Origin: Macrostomum lignano
Taxonomy: Eukaryota
Length of the DNA stretch: 64,000 bases
Direction: 5' to 3'
Assembly (NCBI GenBank): GCA_002269645.1
Contig: NIVC01001231.1
Span: 79,440 to 143,439 of the forward strand
Shown here: one piece after another, positions 1-11,584 of the stretch
Layout: each line of letters starts with the position of its first letter
Numbering within the stretch: position 1 is the stretch's first letter
Made by a program: the position numbers and the translations under genes
The notes under the pieces: model-generated
What the model was told of the DNA's origin: nothing
What the model saw: the letters and a program-made list of their open reading frames with translations, nothing else
Database searches by the model: none

Positions 1-889
1 CAATGATGAGCACTGCAATCTATGAGCAGTGATGAGCACTGTAATCTATGAGCAGTGATGAGCACTGCAATCTATGAGCAATGATGAGCACTGCAATCTA
101 TGAGCAGTGATGAGCACTGCAATCTATGAGCAATGATGAGCACTGCAATCTATGAGCAATGATGAGCACTGCAATCTATGAGCAGTGATGAGCACTGTAA
201 TCTATGAGCAGTGATGAGCACTGCAATCTATGAGCAGTGATGAGCACTGCAATCTATGAGCAGTGATGAGCACTGCAATCTATGAGCAGTGATGAGCACT
301 GCAATCTATGAGCAGTGATGAGCAATCTATGAGCAGTGATGAGCACTGTAATCTATGAGCAGTGATGAGCACTGCAATCTATGAGCAGTGATGAGCACTG
401 CAATCTATGAGCAGTGATGAGCACTGCAATCTATGAGCAGTGATGAGCACTGCAATCTATGAGCAGTGATGAGCACTGCAATCTATGAGCAGTGATGAGC
501 ACTGCAATCTATGAGCAGTGATGAGCACTGCAATCTATGAGCAGTGATGAGCACTGCAATCTATGAGCAGTGATGAGCACTGCAATCTATGAGCAGTGAT
601 GAGCACTGCAATCTATGAGCAGTGATGAGCAATCTATGAGCAGTGATGAGCACTGCAATCTATGAGCAGTGATGAGCAATCTATGAGCAGTGATGAGCAA
701 TCTATGAGCAGTGATGAGCAATCTATGAGCAGTGATGAGCAATCTATAAGCAGTGATGAGCAATCTATGAGCAGTGATGAGCAATCTATGAGCAGTGATG
801 AGCAATCTATGAGCAGTGATGAGCAATCTATGAGCAGTGATGAGCAATCTATGAGCAGTGATGAGCAATCTATGAGCAGTGATGAGCAC
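1..889. repeat. 26-bp/21-bp minisatellite in LIG4 intron 4
   Basis: Unit GAGCACTGCAATCTATGAGCAGTGAT switches to the 21-bp variant GAGCAATCTATGAGCAGTGAT near 620; it follows the donor at 907/906 on the minus strand. Confidence 0.95.
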
Positions 890-907
890 AGACAGCAATT
901 AGCCGAC

Positions 908-3900
908 CTGAACCACAAAGGAGTTGCTGGGATCAATCCACACGTCCGGCCGCTCCCGCTGCCCATCAGCCAGCCGGAAGGCCTCCGGCGGGCTGCGCTT
1001 ATCGAACCGCTGCCAATGCTGAGCCATCTTCATGTTGTACTCGAACAGAGTCTGCTTGGAGTAGCCGCTGCCCACCTTGCAGAAGCTCAGGTACTTCACG
1101 CTGGCACCGCCATCTCCATCATCGTCTTCGCCGCCACCCGCTGCGCCAACGTCGTCCTCGCCGACGTCGGGCAGGGCGCAGAGGAAGTGGCTGCACATGC
1201 CGGCCCGGTGGCCACTGCCGAAGTAGCCGCCAACGATGACGCAGTCGACATCGTCAACGAGGCCGCCGACGAACTCCGGCTTGAGCTTGAACCAGCCGGC
1301 CTTGCGGCTCGCCACGCTGTACACCGAGTCAGCCAGCTTGGCCATCAGGCCTTCTTCGCGCGATTCAATTGCGGCATTGAATTTCTCCACAGCTTCGGCC
1401 TGTGTGGAGGCCAGGCTCCACTCGGAGATGAGCAGCCGGCCCGGCACCGGGGCCAGCACCTGTTGATGCAGCACCGGCTCTCATTGTAGTGACGCCTGAC
1501 ACCCCACCCCCTGATGTCACTCGCCCTGACACCCCACCCCCTGATGTCACTCGCCCCGACACCCCACCCCCTGATGTCCTCGCTTGACACCCCACCCCTG
1601 ATGTCACTCGCCCTGACACCCCACCCCCTGATGTCACTCGCCCTGACACCCCACCCCCTGATGTCACTCGCCCTGACACCCCACCCCCTGATGTCACTCG
1701 CCCTGACACCCCACCCCCTGATGTCACTCACTCTGACACCCCACCCCCTGATGTGTCACTCGCTCTGACACCCCACTCCCTGATGTCACTCACTCTGACA
1801 CCCCAACCCCTGATGTCACTCGCTCTGACACCCCACTCCCTGATGTCACTCGCCCCGACACCCCACTCCCTGATGTCACTCGCCCCGACAACTGAATCAG
1901 TCATCATTGTCACTCCCTCCGGCACCTGAATCAGTCATCATTGTCACTCCCTCCGGCACCTGAATCAGTCATCATTGTCACTCCCTCCGGCACCTGAATC
2001 AGTCATCATTGTCACTCCCTCCGGCAACTGAATCAGTCATCATTTTCACTCCCTCCGGCAACTGAATCAGTCATCATTTTCACTCCCTCCGGCAACTGAA
2101 TCAGTCATCATTGTCACTCCCTCCCGCAACTGAATCAGTCATCATTGTCACTCCCTCCGGCAACTGAATCAGTCATGATTGTCACTCCCCCGGCAACTGA
2201 ATCAGTCATGATTGTCACTTATTCGGCAACTCAGTCATCTATTGTCACCCCGCAGTCCCCAGCCAGCTCACCAACCTGATTATCAAGAATTCTTTTCCGC
2301 TCAACAAGCGGCCGGTCGGTGAGCACTCGGCCGTTGAGCAGGATGAGGTCGAACACCACAAAGCAGGGCACGTAGCCCCGCACGGACACTCTCTTAATAT
2401 CGAAGTCCTGCGCCTTGGAGCCCATGGTGTTGGTCTCCAGGTTGAAGCCCATCATCTCGCCGTCAAGAATGCAGTTGTCAACGCCGGGCAGGAAGGCGGA
2501 CGCCAGATGCGGAGTCAGGTTGCCCGGCCCGTCGGGAGCCGCTCCGTAGGTGGCCGTCCACTCCAGGCCGCTGCGCGACCAGTACCTGTAGCCGCTGCCC
2601 GACTTGTGCAGCTGCATTCGCTCGCCATCAAACTTCACTTCGAGCAGGAATGGCCGGCCGGCGAACAGTTCGCCCAGCTGCAGGACGCTCGCCGCCTCGC
2701 CCAGCATCGGCCGGAACGGCGTGTTCAGGGCGACGCCGATTTCGTGCAGACGGACGCCTGGATAGTGCAGGCTGGTGCACACCTGGGACAGGTGGAAGAT
2801 GGTGATGATAATCCAATTCAAAATCTCACTGAGAGTTATGATAATCCACATCAAAATCTCGCTGAGAATCATGATAATCCACCACAAAATCTCGCTGAAA
2901 GTCATGATAATCCGCTTCAAAATCTCACTGAGAGTCATGATAATCCAATTCAAAATCTCACTGAGGATCATGATAATCCAATTCAAAATCTCACTGGAGA
3001 TCATGATAATCCGCTTCAAAATCTCACTGAGAGTCATGATAATCCAATTTAAAATCTCACTGAGAGTCATGATAATCCAATTTAAAATCTCACTGGAGAT
3101 CATGATAATCCAATTAAAAATCTCAGTGGAGATCATGATAATTAATTTAAAATCTCACTGGAGATCATGATAATCCAATTCAAAATCTCACTGAGAGTCA
3201 TGATAATCCACCACAAAATCTCGCTGAAAGTCATGATAATCAGCTTCAAAATCTCACTGAGAGTCATGATAATCCAATTTAAAATCTCACTGAGAATCAT
3301 GATAATCCAATTCAAAATCTCACTGAGAGTCATGATAATCCAATTCAAAATCTCACTGGAGATCATGATAATCCAATTCAAAATCTCACTGAAAGTCATG
3401 ATAATCCAATTTAAAATCTCACTGAAAGTCATGATAATCCAATTCAAAATCTCACTGGAGATCATGATAATCCAATTCAAAATCTCACTGGAGATCATAA
3501 TAATCCAATTCAAAATCTCACTGAAAGTCATGATAATCCAATTCAAAATCTCACTGAGAATCATGATATGATAATCCACCTCAAAATCTCACTGAAAGTC
3601 ACGATAACCACCTCAAAATCTTACTGGAGATCATGATAATCCGCTTCAAAATCTCACTGAGAGTCATGATAATCCACCTCAAAATCTCGCTGAAAGTCAT
3701 GATAATCCGCTTCAAAATCTCACTGAAAGTCATGATAATCCGCTTCAAAATCTCACTGAGAATCATGATATGATAATCCACCTCAAAATCTCACTGAAAG
3801 TCACGATAATCCACCTCAAAATCTCACTGGAGATCATGATAATCCGCTTCAAAATCTCACTGAGAGTCATGATAATCCACCTCAAAATCTCGCTGAAAGT

Positions 3901-6232
3901 CATGATAATCCACCTCAAAATCTCACTGGAGATCATGATAATCCGATTCAAAATCTCACTGAGAATCATGATAATCCACCTCAAAATCTCGCTGAAAGTC
4001 ATGATAATCCGCTTCAAAATCTCACTGAGAATCATGATAATCCACCTCAAAATCTCGCTGAAAGTCATGATAATCCGCTTCAAAATCTCACTGAGAGTCA
4101 TGATAATCAACCTCAAAATCTCGCTGAAAGTCATGATAATCCGCTTCAAAATCTCACTGAGAGTCATGATAATCCAATTCAAAATCTCACTGGAGATAAT
4201 GATAATCTATTCAAAACCTAAAAACTTGAGTCAGGATAATCCGTTTCAAAATCCCAGGTTCCTATGATAAACATGCGGCGCACCTTCTCCAGACTCTGTG
4301 TGACATCGTACAGTGCCTCGGCATCGGGGTGGAAGGCGGACAGCACCGTCTTCTCGCTGACGCCAGCCCGAATGTCGCGCAGCACAATGCGGATGAGCCA
4401 CTTCTGCTCCAGCGCGGTGGTCTGCTTGATCAGCGCGAACAGCTGGCGCTTCACTTCGTCTCGTTTGTTGGCCGCATTTGCCGCGCTCATTGCGGTCAGG
4501 TGATTGTTCACCTGCGGGCGGGGCGGCTCTGCTGCATGCTCTGCGTGTAAGCACACGCGCCAGCCATGAGCCATCTAATCTAGATGCCTATCCTACAACT
4601 CCTAATGTCTACCCCCCAACTCTCAATGTCTACCCTCCAACTCCTAATGTCTACCCTCCAACTCCTAATGTCTACCCTCCAACTCCTAATGTCTACCCTC
4701 CAACTCCTAATGTCTACCCCCCAACTCTCAATGTCTACCCTCCAACTCCTAATGTCTACCCTCCAACTCCTAATGTCTACCCTCCAACTCCTAATGTCTA
4801 CCCTCCAACTCCTAATGTCTACCCCCCAACTCCTAATGTCTACCCCCCAACTCTCAATGTCTACCCTCCAACTCCTAATGTCTACCCCCCAACTCCTAAT
4901 GTCTACCCTCCAACTCCTAATGTCTACCCCCCAACTCTCAATGTCTACCCTCCAACTCTCAATGTCTACCCTCCAACTCCTAATGTCTACCCCCCAACTC
5001 CTAATGTCTACCCTCCAACTCCTAATGTCTACCCTCCAACTCTCAATGTCTACCCTCCAACTCCTAATGTCTACCCCCCAACTCCTAATGTCTACCCTCC
5101 AACTCCTAATGTCTACCCCCCAACTCTAAATGTCTACCCTCCAACTCCTAATGTCTACCCTCCAACTCCTAATGTCTACCCCCCAACTCTCAATGTCTAC
5201 CCTCCAACTCCTAATGTCTACCCTCCAACTCCTAATGTCTACCCTCCAACTCCTAATGTCTACCCCCCAACTCTCAATGTCTACCCTCCAACTCCTAATG
5301 TCTACCCCCCAACTCCTAATGTCTACCCCCCCCAACTCTCAATGTCTACCCTCCACCTCTCAATGTCTACCCTCCACCTCTCAATGTCTACCCTCCAACT
5401 CTAAATGTCTACCCTCCAATTCTCAATATCCACCCTCCAACTCTGAATGTCTACCCTCCACCTCTCAATGTCTACCCTCCAACTCTCAAGGTCTACCCTC
5501 CAATTCTCAATGTCCACCCTCCAACTCTTAATGTCTACCCTCCAACTCCTAATGTTTAACGTCTAACTCTTAATGTCTATCCTTCAAATCTCATTTCTAT
5601 CCTTCAAATCTCATTTCTATCCTTAAATCTCAATGTCTAGCCATCAAATCCTTGTCTACCACCCAACCAAACGTAAGAACAGCCAGTCTCCGGCCAGATG
5701 CAGCTCTCACCTGCTGCACAGTCAGCGCGCCCTGCCGCGGGCACCGGTGCTGCAATATGAAATAAGCGGTAGCCGCGAAATCCCCAGTGGTGGCGGCCGA
5801 CTGTCCGGGATTTTTATAATTCAGCAGCTTCTTCGCCTCCGGACTGTCCCGGCCGAGGCAGAGAATCTCTATGTAGATCTTGGCCAGCATGAACTCCTTG
5901 ATGCCGTAGGCTGGCCGGGCGCGGTCGCTCAATGGCAACAGCAGACGCATGGCTGGATAAAATGAGTCTTGCTGCTGCTGTTGAGACTGTGTCTGCTGCT
6001 GGGGCTGCTGGGGCAGCGGCTCTGGACCGTGCAGCTCAGTGTGCAGCTGTCTCCAGGTAGCCATGAACTCCTTGATTGGCCCGAGCTTCTCCTTGTGCCC
6101 ACGGAGCCGGCTGACCCGTTCGAGCAGGCCCGCCAGCTGGTTGAAGGGCACTCGGGAGGCCACGGTTGGCGAGCCGGCCGAGGCCTCAGCTGACTGCGAG
6201 TTGCCGCTGCCTGCCGCCGACATGGCCGCCAT
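908..6232 (-). CDS. LIG4: DNA ligase IV (exons 6232-5711, 4511-4284, 2782-2276, 1459-908; continues beyond window start)
   Basis: Four GT-AG exons splice in phase 0 into one frame. DNA-binding domain (FYPAMRLLLP..DRARPAYGIKE, EQKWLIRIVLRD), ligase motifs EVKFDGER, ILDGEM, VVFDLI, EEGLMAK, WFKLKPEF, then the OB fold. The N-terminal motifs fit LIG4 rather than LIG1/LIG3. Confidence 0.93.
1495..2232. repeat. Two adjacent minisatellites (30-bp then 34-bp units) in LIG4 intron 3
   Basis: CTGACACCCCACCCCCTGATGTCACTCGCC to about 1890, then CTGAATCAGTCATCATTGTCACTCCCTCCGGCAC; both share a TGTCACTC core. Confidence 0.95.
2807..4205. repeat. 33-bp minisatellite in LIG4 intron 2
   Basis: Unit ATGATAATCCAATTCAAAATCTCACTGAGAGTC with variants. 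Confidence 0.95.
4590..5560. repeat. 21-bp minisatellite in LIG4 intron 1
   Basis: Unit TCTACCCTCCAACTCCTAATG with variants. Confidence 0.95.
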
Positions 6233-6257
6233 TCAACTGGAGAAGAAGACGAAAGAC

Positions 6258-7150
6258 CTTTGCCTCACCGACCAATCAGAGAGTAGCTAACCTTTGCCTC
6301 ACCGACCAATCAGAGTCGCTAACCTTTGCCTGACCGACCAATAAGAGGGTCGCTAACCTTTGCCTCACCGACCAATCAGAGAGTAGCTAACCTTTGCCTC
6401 ACCGACCAATCAGAGTCGCTAACCTTTGCCTCACCGACCAATCAGAGAGCCGCTAACCTTTGCCTCACCGACCAATCAGAGGGTCGCTAACCTTTGCCTC
6501 ACCGACCAATCAGAGAGTAGCTAACCTTTGCCTTACCGACCAATCAGAGGGTCGCTAACCTTTGCCTCACCGACCAATCAGAGAGTCGCTAACCTTTGCC
6601 TCACCGACTAATCAGAAAGTCGCTAACCATTGCCTCACCGACTAATCAGAAAGTCGCTAACCTTTGCCTCACCGACTAATCAGAAAGTCGCTAACCTTTG
6701 CCTCACCGACCAATCAGAGGGTCGCTAACCTTTGCCTCACCGACCAATCAGAGAGTAGCTAACCTTTGCCTTACCGACCAATCAGAGGGTCGCTAACCTT
6801 TGCCTCACCGACCAATCAGAGAGTCGCTAACCTTTGCCTCACCGACTAATCAGAAAAGTCGCTAACCTTTGCCTCACCGACTAATCCGAAAGTCGCTAAC
6901 CTTTGCCTCACCGACTAATCAGAAAGTCGCTAACCTTTGCCTCACCGACTAATCGGAAAGTCGCTAACCTTTGCCTCACCGACCTGACAGCCACAGAGTG
7001 CATGAAGGTTTCTCTCTGACCAGCCACAGAGTGCATGAAGGTTTCTACCTGACCAGCCACAGAGTGCATGAAGGTTTCTACCTGACCAGCCACAGAGTGC
7101 ATGAAGGTTTCTACCTGACCAGCCACAGAGTGCTTAAAGGTTTCTACCTG
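6258..7150. repeat. Two minisatellites (33-34 bp CCAAT-containing unit, then 33-bp unit) directly upstream of the LIG4 start
   Basis: CCTTTGCCTCACCGACCAATCAGAGAGTCGCTAA to about 6985, then GACCAGCCACAGAGTGCATGAAGGTTTCTACCT. Confidence 0.93.
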
Positions 7151-7510
7151 ACCAACCAAAGTCCCTGAAATTTTCGCCCTTAATCAATGATAAACACTGT
7201 TTGGAAACTCAAATTGAAATTAGAACACAAGTCAAACAGACAGAATTTCCAGTCCAATAAATGCGATCCACATCTAACAGCATGGTCGCCACTCAATCCT
7301 TTTTTATTTGCGATTCATTTTCAATAAAGAGTTGATTTTTTCTTAACATTCAATGGAATAAACCAATAACAGCTGGCAGCATCTTGAAGCGAATTGATGG
7401 AGCAACCTGACAAAGGAACGCTGGCGAAAACAGGTCACTGCTAAGCCGGCCAAACACAATGTCACTAACAAGACACCCAATATCCGTCAGGCCATCGCAA
7501 TCAAAAAAGT

Positions 7511-8434
7511 TTATTCAGCACCCGCCTTCAAGAGAAAGTCCAGAGCCTGCGAGGCCTGGGAGGAGCCCAGATCCTGCAATGTAGAAAAATAGTTATAAGA
7601 TGCAATGCGTGCTACCTATAAACCAAATATATAAGTAGTTTTTGAGAATAACAGGAGAAAAATTAAGAGCGTACACGAGAAAAGTGATGAACGAAAAACG
7701 TTTGAAAATAAATAAGAGGCATGCAATGTCTACTAATGAGTCACGAGGGCCAGGTCTGCACTTTTGGTAAAGTCAAAGCTAACCTAATTTCCAATTAGAT
7801 GGTATTTTTATACTATGGGTATATTAATATGCGCAGTTGCATATGTAATTGTATGTAATATTATATGTAATAATTGATTACACCTGCCCCAATGCCAGAT
7901 GTGCAACCGACAGCTCAGCCGCAGCTATTGCGCGGCGTAAAAACCCCTCCTTGTTTGTATTGTGGGATGTGTAAGATGCATTTGGGTGATACCTAATTTA
8001 CACACTACTTTCCATAATGCGATAAGTAGCAATATTGGAGTATTCAAATGGATTTTTTTGAACCCTCACAAAATAAGTTTAACAGCGCTCACCCGAACGA
8101 CAACGCAGGAGCACTTGACGACCTTGCGCGGCTTGCCCTCCTTGTCAATCTTGCACAGGCCGGCCCACTCGCCCAGCTGCTTGGCCTGGTCCACCTTCAC
8201 CAGGCGGATGCCGTGCTCGGTGCACAGCGCCTCGACCAGCTTGCTGTAGTTGGCCTCGTCGCAGTCGCTGGCCAGAATGCACAGGTGAGCGGCTCGCTTC
8301 TCCAAGGCTTTGGTGGCCTCGTGCAGGCCCTTGGCCAGGCCGTCGTGCGCCATGGACGTCTTGAGCACCTCCTGGACAGCTGTCTCAATGGTCATGGGGC
8401 CGCCGGCGGCAACATCTCCTTCCGTGTCGCTCAT
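7511..8434 (-). CDS. RPS12: 40S ribosomal protein S12 (exons 8434-8093, 7573-7511)
   Basis: [63 protein letters not shown]; a phase-0 GT-AG intron joins [20 protein letters not shown]. Confidence 0.97.
7881..7937 (-). mobile_element. Short 3' tail fragment of a SINE/LINE in the RPS12 intron
   Basis: 57 bp closely similar to 62298-62355, followed on the minus strand by short ATTACAT-like repeats. Confidence 0.6.
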
Positions 8435-10282
8435 AGTGCTGGTGAATGCGAAATTAAATGTTCACAACACGGACGTCCTCCTGCGGGCGCGCGGGAGACA
8501 AGACGACAAAATTTGAGCTTGACGTTTTGGTTTTGTTAAAGAAACCCAGCTGAGAGCAACTCTGATATTAGTTATATTTTTTTATCAAATAGCTTATTAA
8601 TGCTAGGCTTAGGTATATCTATAGCTCCATGCAGTGTATTAATACAAAGAACACAAATTACACACTAAATCAAACCAACTTATAATATAATAACAGTAAA
8701 TGATTTTTTATAACAATATAAATGAGCCATAAAATCAGCATGGCCACATAATAAGTCTATGAAAATATATCTATTTATTAGTCTTATGGATAAAACTGAT
8801 ATAAATATTATGGGAAAAAATACTGCTTGCACTAATTGACTAATTCTAAATTAAAAAATGTTGTACTATATACTCATACTCATTTATAGCATTAATCTGT
8901 ATGTATCATCTAATTTATGAAATGCAAATGTTTAAAACTATAGTTGGAATGCTAATACAATATAGCATTAGTATCAATAAAGAAATTGTGGATTTAAAAG
9001 AAGCAAAGAAAGAAGCAGAGTCTATAGAAGCTTCTACGGATACAATAGTTCCAAATATGTCTCATTTTACTTAGTAGCAGATATAACTAAATATATTGAT
9101 ATCCATGTTTCCTAATAGAAAAAAAGGCAGTTCATGTTATTAAGTCTCCTAAGTAGCCCTATTAGTAAGGATAGGAGAAGGGTTTTAAAGAGAAAGGATA
9201 CAATTTTATGCAAAAACTTTAGACTTGATGGCTTCTCAATAAGTACAAATATTTTTAGGTTGCCTATAGACTAGTCTGACTTGCCTATTAGCACTTTTTT
9301 ACACTTGCAATTGATGGGCTTAAAAAATAACCCACCTATGCTCTGCATGCCCACTTGCAAGGTTGCTAGCAAATAAATAGTTTTAGAAGAGAAAGATGTT
9401 TTGTCTACTTAGCTAACAAACTATAAGCAGACAAATGAAATTATTAATTTTTAACAAATTAAATACAGAATACAAAGGCTACAATATTATATTTTTTGTC
9501 CTCATGATAAGTGTAACTTAGCTTCATAGCAAAAATTTACAAGTCCTATTATGAACATTTCTGATTTGCAAAAAAAGTTTCTCTTAAGACAAACAAACTA
9601 TCATCAAGTTCTAGGTGCACATAAAAATGGCCACATGCAAAATGGCCTCACAATGGAACGGCCACACTATCAAAATAGCCACATGTCAAAATGGCCACAA
9701 ATAACAAATTTTTATAAGTTGCGTATGTGTGAGTTAGTTTAGTCGAGTTGAGTTAGTTTAATATTAGTTTATTTCGCCATACAATATGCAAATATGTTTC
9801 TAAAGTTATTTAATTAAGTCTTTATGCTAATGTATCAAGTTATTTGAGTTATTAGATACTTGTATACAGTCCAATGTTTATAGACTTTATAAGAAATTGC
9901 AGATCAGATTTGAAATTCAACTTGATAAGAAATGCTTAGGACAATTTTGAATAAGTATGCAAACAAATGTACATGTATTTAAATAAATATAGCCACAAAG
10001 TACAATTAAAATTAGTAAAATTTAAATCAGTAAAATTAGGTTGATGTCCTAATTTCAAATGTCCGCAACCTCCTGCTTGAGCAGCTGCCACTGCTTGGGG
10101 CTTTCAAATTCAGCATAGTTGTGAGCAGACAAAGTGGCAAAAGAGCAAATATTTAAATATATTTGGACATATATAAATATATTTGCATATTATATGACAA
10201 AATAAACTAACATTGTGTCATACCTCATAAAAATTTGTTATGTATGGCTGTTTTGATGGTGTGGCCATCCAAATTTGGTATA

Positions 10283-11584
10283 CCGGGTGTCCGGATTGAA
10301 CGGAAACGCTGCTTAAAACGTCGTTAATTACGTAATCTTTCGCAAAATTCAAAATTTTGCACGGGTGTCAGAACCAGCAGAAATCACAGAATTTAATACT
10401 TCCACTCTTGCAGCTTTATTCCTAACCATGGCTGAGCACGAGGCTCAAAGACGAGCAATCGCTGAATTACTTTGTGCTGGAAAGTCAACTAGCGACATCA
10501 GAGAAGTGCTCAATGTGAGCAGAAAGAGGATTTTCACTGTGAGGAAGCTGCTGAATGACACAGGAGATGTCACCAAAAGACATGGGGGTGGTCATCCGAG
10601 GACAAAAAGGACAAAGAAGACCGTCGCAGCCGTTCGGGCGAAGGTCAACCGAAATCCCCGAAGGTCGATTTGCCAACTGGCACGTGAGCACGACATGAGC
10701 AAGACAACAATGTCGGAGCTCGTCAAAGAAGACCTTGGCATGGTGTCCAGGGCGGTGGTGCCGAAGAACCTCATCACTTCGAAGCAGAAGGTGTCGCGTC
10801 TCAAGCGGTGCAGGCAGTTGCTCACGTGGGTGAAGAACCACGGCTCGCTGGTGCGCGTGTTCAGCGACGAGAAACTGTTCACCTGTGACCAAGCCGTGAA
10901 CAGGCGCAACACTCGCTACATCAACGCCGCCAGCAGCGCAGACACACCTGCCCACGTGAAGTACAGTATGAAGTCTAAGCACCCGGCCTCCATCATGATG
11001 CTGGGCGTCATTGCGAGCAATGGACGGAGGTGTCCCCCCATTTTCATCAACCCAGGCACCAAAGTGAATGCTGCATGCTACCAGCAGCTGCTGCAGCAGC
11101 ACGTGCTGCCTTGGCTGCGTCAGCAGTACCCTGATGGACAGTACGTGTGGCAGCAGGATGGTGCTCCGGCTCACATAGCGGCCACAACCCAGCAGTTCTT
11201 GGCGGACAACATGGCGAACTTCTGGCCGAAGACGATGTGGCCGCCCTCCAGTCTGGACCTGAATCCGCTGGACTTCTCAATCTGGCAGCGTGTGGAGAGC
11301 GAGGCCTGCAGATCCTGCCACAGCAGTGTGGAAGCGCTGCAGGCTGCTGTTCGGCTGGCCTGGGAGAGAATGGACACCAACTATGTGAGGAAGGTGTGCC
11401 AGCAGTTCAGGAAGAGGCTGGAGCGCGTGATCGCGGCCAATGGCGGCCATTTTGAATGAGAACAATGCTGACACCTTCCTATTTACTATTGTCAAAAATA
11501 AATGGTACAGCTGCTTGTCTTGCTGAGAAATTGCAAAAAATATTCAAAAAATCAGCAGCATTTCCATTCAATCTGGACACCCAG
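10283..11584 (+). mobile_element. Tc1/mariner-superfamily DD37D (maT) transposon, full length
   Basis: 31-bp TIRs with 4 mismatches, TA duplication at 10281-10282 and 11585-11586, single transposase ORF. Confidence 0.95.
10428..11459 (+). CDS. DD37D (maT-family) transposase
   Basis: N-terminal HTH, VFSDEK, WQQDGAPAH, WPPSSLDLNPLD; 37 residues between the second and third D. SSLD replaces the usual SSPD. Confidence 0.92.
   Translation: MAEHEAQRRAIAELLCAGKSTSDIREVLNVSRKRIFTVRKLLNDTGDVTKRHGGGHPRTKRTKKTVAAVRAKVNRNPRRSICQLAREHDMSKTTMSELVKEDLGMVSRAVVPKNLITSKQKVSRLKRCRQLLTWVKNHGSLVRVFSDEKLFTCDQAVNRRNTRYINAASSADTPAHVKYSMKSKHPASIMMLGVIASNGRRCPPIFINPGTKVNAACYQQLLQQHVLPWLRQQYPDGQYVWQQDGAPAHIAATTQQFLADNMANFWPKTMWPPSSLDLNPLDFSIWQRVESEACRSCHSSVEALQAAVRLAWERMDTNYVRKVCQQFRKRLERVIAANGGHFE

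Noticed and set aside
587-5531. Long repetitive ORFs (MSSDEQ, MIIQFKISL, NVYPPT, MSTLQLL and others)
   Set aside because: They are translations of intronic minisatellites, open in several frames on both strands, and lie inside GT-AG introns of LIG4.
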